Shown piece by piece: positions 28,065 through 37,495 of a stretch of 64,000 nucleotides of DNA. The translations under genes were made by a program, and so were the position numbers. The DNA is from Clostridia bacterium. Lineage in GTDB: Bacteria; Bacillota; Clostridia; Acetivibrionales; UBA4821. The first letter of the stretch is position 1. Each line of letters begins with the position of its first letter. The DNA lies in NCBI GenBank assembly GCA_041687355.1, contig JAWLCD010000010.1:2371-66370 (forward strand), given 5' to 3'. The notes below the pieces were generated by a model. The model did not search any database, had not been told where the DNA came from, and saw only the letters and a program-made list of their open reading frames with translations.

Positions 28065-29064
28065 TGATTTCTCCCTCCACCTTGAGTAATTCCCCTCTAA
28101 TCTTCTCAACCGTTTGATTCTTTACAAATGCCTCTGCCTGCTCTATTGTTTTGGCTATCGCCTTTGCATTCGAACTGCCGTGGCACTTAATTACCGGTTT
28201 CTCAATACCCAGGTAAAGTGCACCACCGTACTCAGTATAGTCGAGTTTCTTTTTGAATCTGTCAAAAGCAGGCTTCATGAGTAAAGCTCCCAATTTGGTC
28301 AGCATGTTTTTCTTTATCTCATCTCTGAACAGCTTTGATACCGTCTTTCCCATGCCCTCCATGACCTTCAGGATTACGTTGCCTGTGAACCCGTCACACA
28401 CTGCCACATCAACATTACCCAAAGGAATATCCCTGCCTTCAATATTTCCAATAAAATTCAGGCCTGATTCCTGAAGAAGAGCAAATGCCTGCTTAGTAAG
28501 GTCATTCCCCTTTACGGCTTCAACACCAACGTTGACAAGCCCAACCCTCGGATTTTCAATTCCTATGATACTTTTTACATAAATAGACCCCATGACGGCA
28601 AACTGAAGAAGATTTTCTGGCTTGCAGCTGGTATTTGAACCTGCATCCACAAGCAGTACCGGACCACTATACGAGGGAAGTACAGGGGCAAGTGCCGGCC
28701 TGTCAACGCCCTTTATCCGATCCAACTGTAAAAAAGCACCGGCCATTAGCGCACCAGTATTCCCGGCTGACAGGAAGATGTCACCCTTTCCTTCCTTTAA
28801 TAGGTTCAGGCCAACTACCATTGAAGAGTCTTTCTTAGACTTGATTGCTCTGGTTGGACTGTCTTCATTTGTAACTACTTCAGTCGTATTATGTACTATA
28901 ATATTTGAGCCAGTATATGATAATCTTCTAAGCTCTTTCTTAATTATCTTTTCTATACCGCACAGCACAATCTCTGCGTCTACCTTCCCAGCTGCCTGGA
29001 TACACCCTTTAACTACTTCCTTGGGAGCTTTGTCTCCTCCCATTGCGTCTACAATAATCTTCAT
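28048..29064 (-). CDS. plsX: phosphate acyltransferase PlsX
   Basis: MKIIVDAMGGDKAP, GNTGA and DGFTGN. Confidence 0.96.
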   Translation of the reverse strand: MKIIVDAMGGDKAPKEVVKGCIQAAGKVDAEIVLCGIEKIIKKELRRLSYTGSNIIVHNTTEVVTNEDSPTRAIKSKKDSSMVVGLNLLKEGKGDIFLSAGNTGALMAGAFLQLDRIKGVDRPALAPVLPSYSGPVLLVDAGSNTSCKPENLLQFAVMGSIYVKSIIGIENPRVGLVNVGVEAVKGNDLTKQAFALLQESGLNFIGNIEGRDIPLGNVDVAVCDGFTGNVILKVMEGMGKTVSKLFRDEIKKNMLTKLGALLMKPAFDRFKKKLDYTEYGGALYLGIEKPVIKCHGSSNAKAIAKTIEQAEAFVKNQTVEKIRGELLKVEGEINDSGQ

Positions 29065-29088
29065 TGATGCACCTCTCTAATGTGTTTA

Positions 29089-29649
29089 CTAGTCTAGTGA
29101 TACCAAGATAAACTTTCCTCTGAAGACCTCTGTCTGTTTTTCTTTAATACTAACCCATACAATAAAGCTGTTGGCCCTGGCTTTCTTTACCTCTGCCTTG
29201 GCAACCAGCCTTGCTCCGGCAATCACCGGACTTTTATACTTAATATTTGCAACTCCAATTAACGCCACCTTGGCATCGATTACCGAAATAGCCAAAGTCT
29301 CGGCAAGGGAATATATAAAATGCCCCCGTACTATCTTATTTCTCTCAAAAGCCATCTCCTGACTGGTTTCAAGTATCGAAATACCTTTCAGTCCCAAAGT
29401 CAGGTCCACAAGTTCCCCAACTATCTCCCTGCTTTCCAATGACTTGACCTTTTGATAGTTTCTGGAGGCAACCCCCTTAATTCTCTCTCTTAACTCCGGA
29501 ATCCCCAGTTCCATTCTGTCGAGCCTGATTGTTTGTATGCTTACGTCAAAGTGCTCAGAAAGCTCCTCATCCTTCATAAACGGGTCATCCTTAACCTTCT
29601 CCATTAACTTTTTCTGTCTTTCCTTCTTACTTATTGAGGCCCTAGACAT
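29089..29649 (-). CDS. fapR: fatty acid/phospholipid biosynthesis repressor FapR
   Basis: 186 aa with an N-terminal HTH ([22 protein letters not shown]) and a hot-dog C-terminal domain. First gene of fapR-plsX-fab. Confidence 0.92.
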   Translation of the reverse strand: MSRASISKKERQKKLMEKVKDDPFMKDEELSEHFDVSIQTIRLDRMELGIPELRERIKGVASRNYQKVKSLESREIVGELVDLTLGLKGISILETSQEMAFERNKIVRGHFIYSLAETLAISVIDAKVALIGVANIKYKSPVIAGARLVAKAEVKKARANSFIVWVSIKEKQTEVFRGKFILVSLD

Positions 29650-29660
29650 AACAACACCTC

Positions 29661-29678
29661 TTATTACCTGGTACTAAG
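29661..29678 (-). promoter_or_regulatory. putative FapR operator upstream of fapR (autoregulation)
   Basis: On the minus strand it reads CTTAGTACC-A-GGTAATAAG, an imperfect inverted repeat of the TTAGTACC/GGTACTAA type known for FapR boxes. It lies between a TATACT -10 box and the RBS. Confidence 0.6.
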
Positions 29679-29690
29679 TGCGCCAAAGTT

Positions 29691-29719
29691 AGTATATTAT
29701 ATATTTTGATTTAATGCAA
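29691..29719 (-). promoter_or_regulatory. putative sigma-A promoter of fapR-plsX-fab
   Basis: On the minus strand: TTGCAT, 17 nt spacer, TATACT. Confidence 0.55.
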
Positions 29720-29759
29720 CTACTCTTTTAATGAATTCTTCTATTAGTAATAATTAATC

Positions 29760-29788
29760 TTGCATTAAATTCTCGCTCATGGTAAAAT
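29760..29788 (+). promoter_or_regulatory. putative sigma-A promoter of rpsT
   Basis: TTGCAT, 17 nt spacer, TAAAAT. Confidence 0.6.
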
Positions 29789-29871
29789 ATCCTTTGTCAT
29801 TAAAAAAGCTGACTGCTAATATGACTATAAATCATTGACATATGTAATACTAATCTAGGGAGGTGAACAGT

Positions 29872-30147
29872 TTGGCAAATATAAAGTCAGCCATAAAGAG
29901 GGTTAAGATTGCCAAGGCGCAAACACTTAGGAACTCTATCGTGAAGTCGATGTTAAAAACCTGCATAAGGAAGCTGGATGAATCGCTTAAAGCTGGTGAT
30001 GAAGCAGAAATCAAGGAACAATTTATTCAAGCTACAAAACAGATTGACAAGGCTGCAGCTAAGGGAGTAATTCATAAGAATACCGCGGCAAGAAAAAAAT
30101 CCTTGATTTCGAAAAAGCTCAACCAGGCAAATGCCGCAAATGCTTAA
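29872..30147 (+). CDS. rpsT: 30S ribosomal protein S20
   Basis: ANIKSAIKRVK N-terminus. TTG start at 29872 lies 8 nt after a GGGAGG RBS. The listed GTG at 29863 sits inside the RBS. Confidence 0.93.
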   Translation: MANIKSAIKRVKIAKAQTLRNSIVKSMLKTCIRKLDESLKAGDEAEIKEQFIQATKQIDKAAAKGVIHKNTAARKKSLISKKLNQANAANA

Positions 30148-30170
30148 AACGTACACCAGTACGTTTTTTG
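30148..30170 (+). terminator. rpsT terminator
   Basis: AACGTAC-ACCA-GTACGTT followed by TTTTG. Confidence 0.85.
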
Positions 30171-30228
30171 TTTTGATTGATGTTTTTTATCCATTCTGAC
30201 CTTTCCCCACATAATTTTATCCGAGAGG

Positions 30229-31632
30229 ATGGAAAATATGAATAATATGCGTATAGGTAGAAACCTGACTGAGGGTAATATTCTAAAGCTTCTGGTAACC
30301 TTTGCCCTTCCACTTCTTATCGGCAACGCACTTCAGGTTTTGCAGCAGACTATAAATGCGTTCTGGATAGGAAGATTCCTGGGTAAGGATGCTTTTAGCG
30401 CTGTTACAGTGAGTTTCCCTGCGATTTTCGTAATCATTTCGGTTGCAATAGGTCTCACCATGGCAGTAATAACCCTTGTTGCACAATACAAAGGTGCAGG
30501 CAGCAATGAAATGGTAGACAAGATAATAAAAAATTCGTTCATATTTATCATGCTTCTCGGGCTGGCCGCTTCAATCCTCGGAATTATTTTTAACAGGAAC
30601 ATACTTGGTATCCTTGTAAACCCCCATAGTGCACCCGAGGTATTCGAAATGGCTTCAGGGTATCTTGCCATTACCTTCTCCGGACTGATATTCATTTTTG
30701 GATTTAACCTTATAAGTGCTATTCTACGGGGATTGGGAGACTCATGGACGCCTCTTTGGTTTCTTGTATATGCAACTATTCTGAACGCCTTACTGGACCC
30801 ACTCCTGATTCTGGGTTTTGGTGGAATAATTCCGGGTCTGGGAGTCAACGGTTCTGCACTGGCTACCCTAATCTCACAGCTGCTGGCCTTCATATTCGGG
30901 GTAAGGTTTCTACAGTCTAAAGGATATCTCACGCGCTTAAATCTAAAACATTTCAAATTCGATGCCGGTATTATACCGAAAATCCTTAAAATCGGTCTGC
31001 CTACTGCAGGTCAGCAGGCCATAGTTTCGACCGGAATCTTTTTTATAACAGCACTGGTGTCCCGTTTTGGAATTGATACAGTTGCTGCGTTCGGGGTAGG
31101 CACAAGGATAGACAGTTTTGCATTTATGCCTGCAATGGCACTAGGAATATCTGTTTCGGCGCTCACAGGTCAGAACCTGGGTGCTGACAAAAAGGAAAGG
31201 GTTGGCGAAACTGTCAGAATAGCAGCTCTCCTGTCTCTATCTGTTGGAATACTTATACTGCTTGTATGCCTTATCTTTCCCCGTCAGATTATCTGTTTCT
31301 TCCTGAGTGACCCGTCCATAGAGATAATGAACCAGGGGATTCAGTACCTGAGAATTGTTCCCTTTGGGTACCTGGGTTTATCTCTGGTTTTCGTTACCAA
31401 TGGTGTTCTCACTGGAGCCGGTGATACTATTCCACCCTTAATCTTTTCTATTCTCTCTTTCTGGTTGATTCGTATACCCTTAGCCTGGGTATTATCACAA
31501 TTTACTCCGCTTGGCAGTACCGGTATATGGCTCGGAATTTCTGCCGGGTTTATATTCTCCGCTGTCGCCAGCTTCCTCTACTACCGTTTTGGCCCATGGG
31601 AGCGCAGGACAGCCATCAGAAGATGGGCATGA
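30229..31632 (+). CDS. MATE family efflux transporter
   Basis: 467 aa with 12 predicted TM segments and LTEGNILKLLVTFALPLLIGNALQ. The ATG at 30238 (9 nt after GAGAGG) is an alternative start. Confidence 0.9.
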   Translation: MENMNNMRIGRNLTEGNILKLLVTFALPLLIGNALQVLQQTINAFWIGRFLGKDAFSAVTVSFPAIFVIISVAIGLTMAVITLVAQYKGAGSNEMVDKIIKNSFIFIMLLGLAASILGIIFNRNILGILVNPHSAPEVFEMASGYLAITFSGLIFIFGFNLISAILRGLGDSWTPLWFLVYATILNALLDPLLILGFGGIIPGLGVNGSALATLISQLLAFIFGVRFLQSKGYLTRLNLKHFKFDAGIIPKILKIGLPTAGQQAIVSTGIFFITALVSRFGIDTVAAFGVGTRIDSFAFMPAMALGISVSALTGQNLGADKKERVGETVRIAALLSLSVGILILLVCLIFPRQIICFFLSDPSIEIMNQGIQYLRIVPFGYLGLSLVFVTNGVLTGAGDTIPPLIFSILSFWLIRIPLAWVLSQFTPLGSTGIWLGISAGFIFSAVASFLYYRFGPWERRTAIRRWA

Positions 31633-31712
31633 ATTCCATAATCTATCATTTGATTAGAGTACGGTTTTATGTTAACATATTAGTATATAGTCATCGCTTA
31701 GAAGGGGTCTCT

Positions 31713-31973
31713 ATGAAGCACGAACTCAGAGATAAAATAGTCAGGGAAATTGAAAATATAGGTAAGATACCCAGAGCAATAATCAAGTACGGTTCAGTTG
31801 TGTCCGTACTGCTGTTTGTTGGAGCAGCGGCAGTTTATGCCTATAATAACTACTATATAAACAGTTTTGAGCTTATGCATAACTGTATTGCAATGATGAA
31901 AACCAGCACTACTATCCTGGCTGAAATCATTATAGGAAGCCTAATAATTGACCACATATCCAAGAATTATTAA
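31713..31973 (+). CDS. small membrane protein (hypothetical)
   Basis: 86-aa sub-ORF (MKHELRDK...) with two hydrophobic segments. Followed by the terminator at 31989-32019. Confidence 0.4.
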   Translation: MKHELRDKIVREIENIGKIPRAIIKYGSVVSVLLFVGAAAVYAYNNYYINSFELMHNCIAMMKTSTTILAEIIIGSLIIDHISKNY

Positions 31974-31988
31974 AGTGATTAACATAGT

Positions 31989-32019
31989 AAAACCTGTACA
32001 ACAGCTGTACAGGTTTTTT
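31989..32019 (+). terminator. terminator after the small membrane-protein ORF
   Basis: AAAACCTGTACA-ACAG-CTGTACAGGTTTTTT. Confidence 0.8.
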
Positions 32020-32212
32020 ACATTAATTTAACATTGTATTCCAATAATCCTTGTTTACTAATTGTCGGAAATTTTGTATAATTAAAATATATTGTTAAAA
32101 TAAATATCGGTAACGAGCGCCAGGTTACTTCCTGCAGCAGATGTTGAATCTGAAATATACAGGGATATCCTGGTGTTTTTGTTATAAATAAAAAAAAAGG
32201 AGTGTTGTTTTA

Positions 32213-32377
32213 ATGACTCAAAGGTGTGCAGAACTAAAATCGCGGATGCCCAAGTTTGTTGAAGGAAGCCAAGTAGGCTCCCTTATCAGGAGACCTGAGT
32301 TCCGTCAACTCATGGAAATCAAACAAAAATGCAAAGAACTCGGAATTTCCTGTGACAGCTGCCCTGCAAACAAGTAA
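32213..32377 (+). CDS. 54-aa Cys-containing small protein (hypothetical; not in the supplied ORF track)
   Basis: An AAAGGAG RBS lies 7 nt upstream of the ATG. Sequence is MTQRCAELKSRMPKFVEGSQVGSLIRRPEFRQLMEIKQKCKELGISCDSCPANK. A strong terminator follows at 32403-32430. Confidence 0.5.
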   Translation: MTQRCAELKSRMPKFVEGSQVGSLIRRPEFRQLMEIKQKCKELGISCDSCPANK

Positions 32378-32402
32378 CAAATTAAATAGCACATCTATAT
32401 CA

Positions 32403-32430
32403 AAAAGCACTCAATATTGAGTGCTTTTTG
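32403..32430 (+). terminator. terminator after the 54-aa Cys-containing ORF
   Basis: AAAAAGCACTCAA-TA-TTGAGTGCTTTTT. Confidence 0.85.
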
Positions 32431-32499
32431 AATATTAAATGGCTACTTATACTATCAATTGAATCACAATTTATTTCCTTGTACTGAATTAATCAAACA

Positions 32500-32524
32500 G
32501 TGACAAGGAACCGTCCCCTGTCAC
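32500..32524 (-). terminator. RepH hairpin H4 overlapping the nfnB stop codon (putative terminator)
   Basis: GTGACAAGGAACCGTCCCCTGTCAC. The U-tract on the minus strand is weak (UGUUUGAUU). Confidence 0.6.
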
Positions 32525-33942
32525 ACTTTCTTTGTCCTGATGTACTCATCAATAGACTTTGCTGCCTTTTTCCCGGCTCCCATGGCCTGGATAACAGTAG
32601 CTGCACCGGTTACAATATCTCCTCCGGCAAACACACCTTCCCTGCTTGTACGGCCTGTAGACTCGTCAGCCACAATGCCTCCATGCCTGGTAAGCTCTAA
32701 CCCAACGGTAGTACCAGCTATCAAAGGATTAGGGGTTGTCCCTATGGACATTATAACCGTTTCTACTTCGATTACGTGCTCAGAGCCCTGCTTTTCCACA
32801 GGCCTTCTTCTTCCGGATGCATCCGGTTCTCCGAGCTCCATTTCAATGCACTCCAGACCTTTCACCCATCCATCATCAGTCCCCAGTATTCTGACCGGGT
32901 TGGTGAGCAGTCTGAACTCAATACCTTCTTCCTTTGCATGATGCACCTCTTCCCGTCTGGCAGGCATCTCATCCTCAGACCGCCTGTATACTATATAGAC
33001 CTTATCAGCCCCCATCCTGACAGCACAGCGGGCGGCATCCATTGCAACATTTCCGCCTCCAACCACTGCAACCCTTCTACCCACCCTGACTGGTGTATCG
33101 CATTCAGGGAACCTGTAAGCTTTCATTAAATTTATTCTGGTTAGAAACTCGTTTGCAGACATCACACCGTTAAGACTTTCACCCGGTATATTCATGAATG
33201 CCGGAAGGCCTGCTCCCGAGCCAATAAAGACTGCATCATACCCCTGGGTGAATAGTTCATCAATACTCACTATTTTTCCAACAACCATGTTGGTTTTTAT
33301 TTCAACTCCCAGTTTTTTAACACTCTCAATATCTTTCTGAACAATATCCTTTGGAAGCCTAAATTCAGGGATTCCATACATCAGCACCCCTCCGGGTACA
33401 TGAAAAGCTTCAAAAACTGTAACCTTGTAACCTGACTTTGCAAGGTCTCCGGCGCATGTAATTCCTGCTGGACCGGAACCTACTACCGCTACTTTTCCCT
33501 TATTCTCATCTCGTTCCAGACTACAGGCTTCCTCTTCTACTCCCTGTGTACTGCCACCGCAGTAGTCGGCAGCAAAACGCTCAAGCCTTCCGATGCCAAC
33601 CGGTTCACCCTTCTTGCCTCTAAGACAGTACTTCTCACACTGACTCTCCTGTGGGCATACCCTGCCGCAAACAGCCGGTAAGCTGTTGGTTTCTATAATC
33701 TTTCTGTACGCTTTGTCAAACTCCTTTTTCTGTATTAGTTTTATGAACTCGGGTATTTGAACATTTACTGGACAACCTTGCACACACGGTGAGTTTTTAC
33801 ACTGCAGACAGCGCATAGCTTCCTCGACAGCCTGCTCCTGAGTGTACCCTAGTGCGACCTCTTCAAAATTCTTATTTCTAACCTCAGGCTCCTGTTCAGG
33901 GATAGGAACCTTTTTCTCCGACATATTAGGCATTTTCGTCAC
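32521..33942 (-). CDS. nfnB: NADH-dependent reduced ferredoxin:NADP+ oxidoreductase subunit B (GltD/SudA-like, 'homotetrameric glutamate synthase')
   Basis: 473 aa with two Cys clusters (CLQCKNSPCVQGCP, CGRVCPQESQCEKYC) and two GxGxxG dinucleotide folds (VVGSGPAG, VVGGGNVA). Confidence 0.88.
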   Translation of the reverse strand: MTKMPNMSEKKVPIPEQEPEVRNKNFEEVALGYTQEQAVEEAMRCLQCKNSPCVQGCPVNVQIPEFIKLIQKKEFDKAYRKIIETNSLPAVCGRVCPQESQCEKYCLRGKKGEPVGIGRLERFAADYCGGSTQGVEEEACSLERDENKGKVAVVGSGPAGITCAGDLAKSGYKVTVFEAFHVPGGVLMYGIPEFRLPKDIVQKDIESVKKLGVEIKTNMVVGKIVSIDELFTQGYDAVFIGSGAGLPAFMNIPGESLNGVMSANEFLTRINLMKAYRFPECDTPVRVGRRVAVVGGGNVAMDAARCAVRMGADKVYIVYRRSEDEMPARREEVHHAKEEGIEFRLLTNPVRILGTDDGWVKGLECIEMELGEPDASGRRRPVEKQGSEHVIEVETVIMSIGTTPNPLIAGTTVGLELTRHGGIVADESTGRTSREGVFAGGDIVTGAATVIQAMGAGKKAAKSIDEYIRTKKV

Positions 33943-34771
33943 CCCTTATCCTGCACCTGTGTTCCTCAAGTGAATGCTTTTCTTCATTTTTGTACATATT
34001 CTGTCTTCTCATTGCCTCGTCGAAATCCACAAGGTGTCCGTCAAATTCGGGACCGTCAACACATGCGAACCTGGTCTCTCCTCCAACCGTCAGCCTACAG
34101 CCGCCGCACATTCCAGTTCCGTCTATCATAATAGGATTCATGCTTACAACGGTCGGTATACCGTATTCCTTAGTCAGATTGCTTACAACTTTCATCATAA
34201 TTAGTGGACCAACCGCAACCACACGATCATACTTGTTTCCGTCTTCAATAAGTTTTCTAAGTACATCGGTTACAAAGCCCTTTTGCCCTTTTGAGCCATC
34301 ATCTGTAGCTATATAAACATTTTCACAGTAAGGCCTTATTTCTTCCTCAAGTATTATCAGTTCCGCATTCCTGGCACCAATAATGACGTCAACCCTTGTT
34401 CCGTTTCTATGCATTTCTTTTACCTGTGAGAATATTAAGGCTGTCCCAAGACCCCCACCTATTACTGCCACCCTCTCAAGACTGTCCAGTTCTGTAGGCT
34501 TGCCCAATGGGCCAACCAAATCCAGAATGGTGTCACCCTCTTCGAGCTGGCCTAACAGCTCTGTTGTTTTTCCCACTTCCTGAAATATTATGGTGATTGT
34601 CCCTTTTTCAAAGTTGTAATTAGATATGGTAAGGGGTATTCTTTCTCCCTCTTTACTGACTCGAACCATGACAAACTGGCCGGGCTTTGCCTTCTCAGCC
34701 ATTATACGGTTTTGCACTTCAATAAGTTTTATGGCTGGAGCAAGTACTCTTTTGGTTAAAATTCTATTCAA
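33926..34771 (-). CDS. nfnA: NfnA / ferredoxin-NADP+ reductase-like subunit (SudB-like)
   Basis: 281 aa with an FNR-like fold and the [2Fe-2S] motif CGGC...C (GTGMCGGCRLTVGGETRFACVDGPEF). Overlaps nfnB by 17 nt. Confidence 0.85.
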   Translation of the reverse strand: MNRILTKRVLAPAIKLIEVQNRIMAEKAKPGQFVMVRVSKEGERIPLTISNYNFEKGTITIIFQEVGKTTELLGQLEEGDTILDLVGPLGKPTELDSLERVAVIGGGLGTALIFSQVKEMHRNGTRVDVIIGARNAELIILEEEIRPYCENVYIATDDGSKGQKGFVTDVLRKLIEDGNKYDRVVAVGPLIMMKVVSNLTKEYGIPTVVSMNPIMIDGTGMCGGCRLTVGGETRFACVDGPEFDGHLVDFDEAMRRQNMYKNEEKHSLEEHRCRIRGDENA

Positions 34772-34857
34772 TATACCAACCCCCTTCTGAAAGATTATAG
34801 TACAAGTGAGTCAAAGATTTCAATCAAAAAATTAAAGGAGTTTCCTCTTCGGGTTTA

Positions 34858-34891
34858 GGGGAAATGAATTAACTAGTGAATAAGTTTATGG
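34858..34891 (+). repeat. RepB left-arm fragment (B5)
   Basis: GGGGAAATGAATTAACTAGTGAATAAGTTTATGG. No right arm is present. It abuts the recO stop codon. Confidence 0.6.
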
Positions 34892-34897
34892 CTTTCA

Positions 34898-35638
34898 CTA
34901 AATTTTCTCCAGAAACTTTAGAGTCCGGAACTCCTTCTCAAGCTTATCTTTCAGGTAAATTTCACTGATAAACCTTAGCTCTTTGAGCACTTGCTCAGGA
35001 ACTGAAAATGAGAAGAGCTTTCTAAAATCTGAACTGATTATGTATTTCAATGCCCTGACGGTACCTGCTGTAACTGCAATAGAGGACAATCTTTCAGCTC
35101 CACATTCACTGCATACCAATCCATTTTTCTCAAAACTGAAAAAACAGCATTGACCGTCACCAGCGCAGGAAGCACAGCTGTCAACCTGAGGTTTATACCC
35201 TATCATTGCCATAAGTCTGAATTCAAAAGCCCTGCAGATTAATTCAGGCGATTTATCGGTTTCGGAGAGAGCAAACAGTGTATTGAGAAAGAGCTGCAGC
35301 ACCCTGTAACTCTGCATATTCTCGTGAATAACCTCTCGTATTACCTCTGCTGCATACGAAGCGTAGGTCAGTTTTGATATGCTGTTTCTGATATTATAAA
35401 AAGGTTCGATTATATCACAGCTGTTTACCTTATAAATTTCACTTTTGCCCTTAAAAAAGATAAAGTCACTAAAAACAAGAAACTGTGAACAGGCAATCAG
35501 ATTACTGCGCGGTTTTCTGGCTTCTTTTACAGATGCCTGAATTTTGCCATACTTTTTAGTAAAGACTGTAAGAATCTTGTCAGCCTCTCCCGTATTTACT
35601 TCTCCAATTACGATCCCCTGTGTTCTAATCAGACTCAT
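34898..35638 (-). CDS. recO: DNA repair protein RecO
   Basis: 246 aa with TQGIVIGEVNTGEADKILTVFTKKYGKI and the zinc motif CASC...CSEC. Confidence 0.9.
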   Translation of the reverse strand: MSLIRTQGIVIGEVNTGEADKILTVFTKKYGKIQASVKEARKPRSNLIACSQFLVFSDFIFFKGKSEIYKVNSCDIIEPFYNIRNSISKLTYASYAAEVIREVIHENMQSYRVLQLFLNTLFALSETDKSPELICRAFEFRLMAMIGYKPQVDSCASCAGDGQCCFFSFEKNGLVCSECGAERLSSIAVTAGTVRALKYIISSDFRKLFSFSVPEQVLKELRFISEIYLKDKLEKEFRTLKFLEKI

Positions 35639-35740
35639 ATCAAACCTCAGAAAAACCGGACCGGCTGCTTTATTTACTTAATCCCAAAGGTTCTTCAGCA
35701 AATATTCCGATCCGGTTTATTGTAAGAAACTTATAAAGTG

Positions 35741-35884
35741 CTATGATTTGGCTTCAGCCATTTCCTTATCTTTCTCTTCATCTAGTAATATCTGACTTGT
35801 AGGGTTATCAAACTCTTTAAACAGTAAATAGGTATTAAGGTCTCCAGTTTTTTCAAATGTATTCCAGATAAACTCCTTATTCAT
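35741..35884 (-). CDS. yqzL: YqzL-family small protein
   Basis: 47-aa sub-ORF MNKEFIWNTFEKTGDLNTYLLFKEFD with an AGGGGGA RBS. It occupies the era-recO gap, as yqzL does in Bacillus. Confidence 0.7.
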   Translation of the reverse strand: MNKEFIWNTFEKTGDLNTYLLFKEFDNPTSQILLDEEKDKEMAEAKS

Positions 35885-36098
35885 GGCTGGTCCCCCTTGC
35901 AGATGGTAAATATGGAATAGCATACTTCGAATTTCTTTCAGAATTATATAATTAGACTTCCTCAAAAAATTATTTGTATGCATTGTTACCTGCTGGTAGT
36001 TGGTGGTTCTCTTCTATAGTTAATACCAATAGCCTAGAAACTGCAAGGATTCTATATAAACTAAATCCACATTTTTTCAATGTAAATCTCTGTATATA

Positions 36099-36998
36099 TT
36101 ACTTTTTATAATCACTATACAAAGATTTTAGTATTAAATCATTATCCTTCCAATTCTTTCTGACCTTAACCCATAACTCCAGAAATACCTTGCTGGCAAG
36201 AAAAGCTTCAATATCAAGTCTCGCTCGTCTCCCAATCTCCTTGAGCATTGCTCCCTTACTCCCTATAACTATTGGTTTATGGGATTCTTTTTCACAATAT
36301 ATTGTAGCCTGTATTTCAGCAATATCCCTGCCCTCACGTTCCTTCATTGAGGTCACCTCGACTGCAATTCCGTGAGGAACCTCATCCTGAAGCAGATGCA
36401 GCGCTTTTTCCCTTATAATTTCTGCCGCTATCACCCTCTCTGGCTGGTCGGTAATCATATCGTCAGGAAATAGCTTGGGTCCTTCAGGGATAATTTTTTT
36501 TAATTCGTCAATAATTATATCCATACCGTCGCCCTGCAGTGCAGATATGGGTATAACTGAATGATAGCTGAAACTCCCCTTGTACTTCTCTATTAATGGC
36601 AGTATGTCTTCCTTCTTTACAGTATCAATTTTATTTATAAGCAATATTACCGGAACTTTGGAGTTCTTTAACTGTTCGAGGATATACTGGTCACCCGGCC
36701 CTATATGGTTTTCTCCGGCTTCAACCACAAACAAAACGGCGTCAACCTCTCCAATGGTACCTGCTGCAGACTTAACCATGTACTGGTCCAACCTGTGCCT
36801 GGGTTTGTGTATCCCGGGAGTATCAATAAAAATTATCTGATAATCATTTCCATTAACAATGCATCTTATCACATTCCTGGTGGTCTGAGGCCTGTCGGAC
36901 GCTATTACAATCTTCTCTCCGACCAGCTTATTAACCAGTGTCGACTTTCCGACATTGGGCCGTCCTATTATTGCAGCAAATCCTGATTTGAATGCCAT
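36099..36998 (-). CDS. era: GTPase Era
   Basis: GRPNVGKST, DTPG and NKID, plus a C-terminal KH domain. Confidence 0.97.
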   Translation of the reverse strand: MAFKSGFAAIIGRPNVGKSTLVNKLVGEKIVIASDRPQTTRNVIRCIVNGNDYQIIFIDTPGIHKPRHRLDQYMVKSAAGTIGEVDAVLFVVEAGENHIGPGDQYILEQLKNSKVPVILLINKIDTVKKEDILPLIEKYKGSFSYHSVIPISALQGDGMDIIIDELKKIIPEGPKLFPDDMITDQPERVIAAEIIREKALHLLQDEVPHGIAVEVTSMKEREGRDIAEIQATIYCEKESHKPIVIGSKGAMLKEIGRRARLDIEAFLASKVFLELWVKVRKNWKDNDLILKSLYSDYKK

Positions 36999-37108
36999 AA
37001 CCTTTTTGTTCCTCGCTTAAATATTTTTTACCACCTTATTATAACACAAAGAGGGTCGTGCTAGAACTTTCTTAAGCCAAAACATGTTCTGTTTTTAATA
37101 TAAAAAAA

Positions 37109-37135
37109 GTAAGCCAGGGAAGTTCCCTGACTCAC
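37109..37135 (-). terminator. degenerate RepH-like hairpin H6 (terminator of the 50-aa ORF)
   Basis: The minus-strand sequence GTGAGTCAGGGAACTTCCCTGGCTTAC is followed by UUUUUUUAU. It aligns with H3 apart from a loop deletion. Confidence 0.7.
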
Positions 37136-37145
37136 TACAGAAATA

Positions 37146-37298
37146 TTAGCCATGTGTCTCTTCAGTCTCTTTATGCCTGCCTGATCCGCCTTCTTTTTCC
37201 TTTTCCTGCTGTTTCATCTGCTGTAGGATATACGCACTCATCACTGAACTGTTTACTCCGATTCTTTCCTTCTCCTCGTTAAATTTTTCATTCGTCAT
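37146..37298 (-). CDS. 50-aa charged small protein (hypothetical; not in the supplied ORF track)
   Basis: A GGAGGA RBS lies 7 nt upstream of the ATG. Sequence is MTNEKFNEEKERIGVNSSVMSAYILQQMKQQEKEKEGGSGRHKETEETHG. Followed by the RepH-like terminator at 37109-37135. Confidence 0.4.
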   Translation of the reverse strand: MTNEKFNEEKERIGVNSSVMSAYILQQMKQQEKEKEGGSGRHKETEETHG

Positions 37299-37495
37299 TT
37301 TCTATTCCTCCTTCATTTTTACCCGTTAAGGGCGTTATAATCCTCTTTTAATCCTACGTCTTAAGACCATTAACAGCATCCACTGCAAAAATGCAGAAAA
37401 ACGAACACACGACCCATCCGAGTACAATCTGGATGAAAAATATAACTACAAAGTTTCTTTCAGTATACTTCTTTTTACAATATTATGCAAATAAA

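Noticed and set aside
32085-32212. Possible riboswitch or attenuator in the ~125-nt leader of the 54-aa ORF (CAGG-GATAT-CCTG followed by GTGTTTTTG)
   Set aside because: The stem is only 4-5 bp, and I recognise no known riboswitch core. It may simply be leader sequence.
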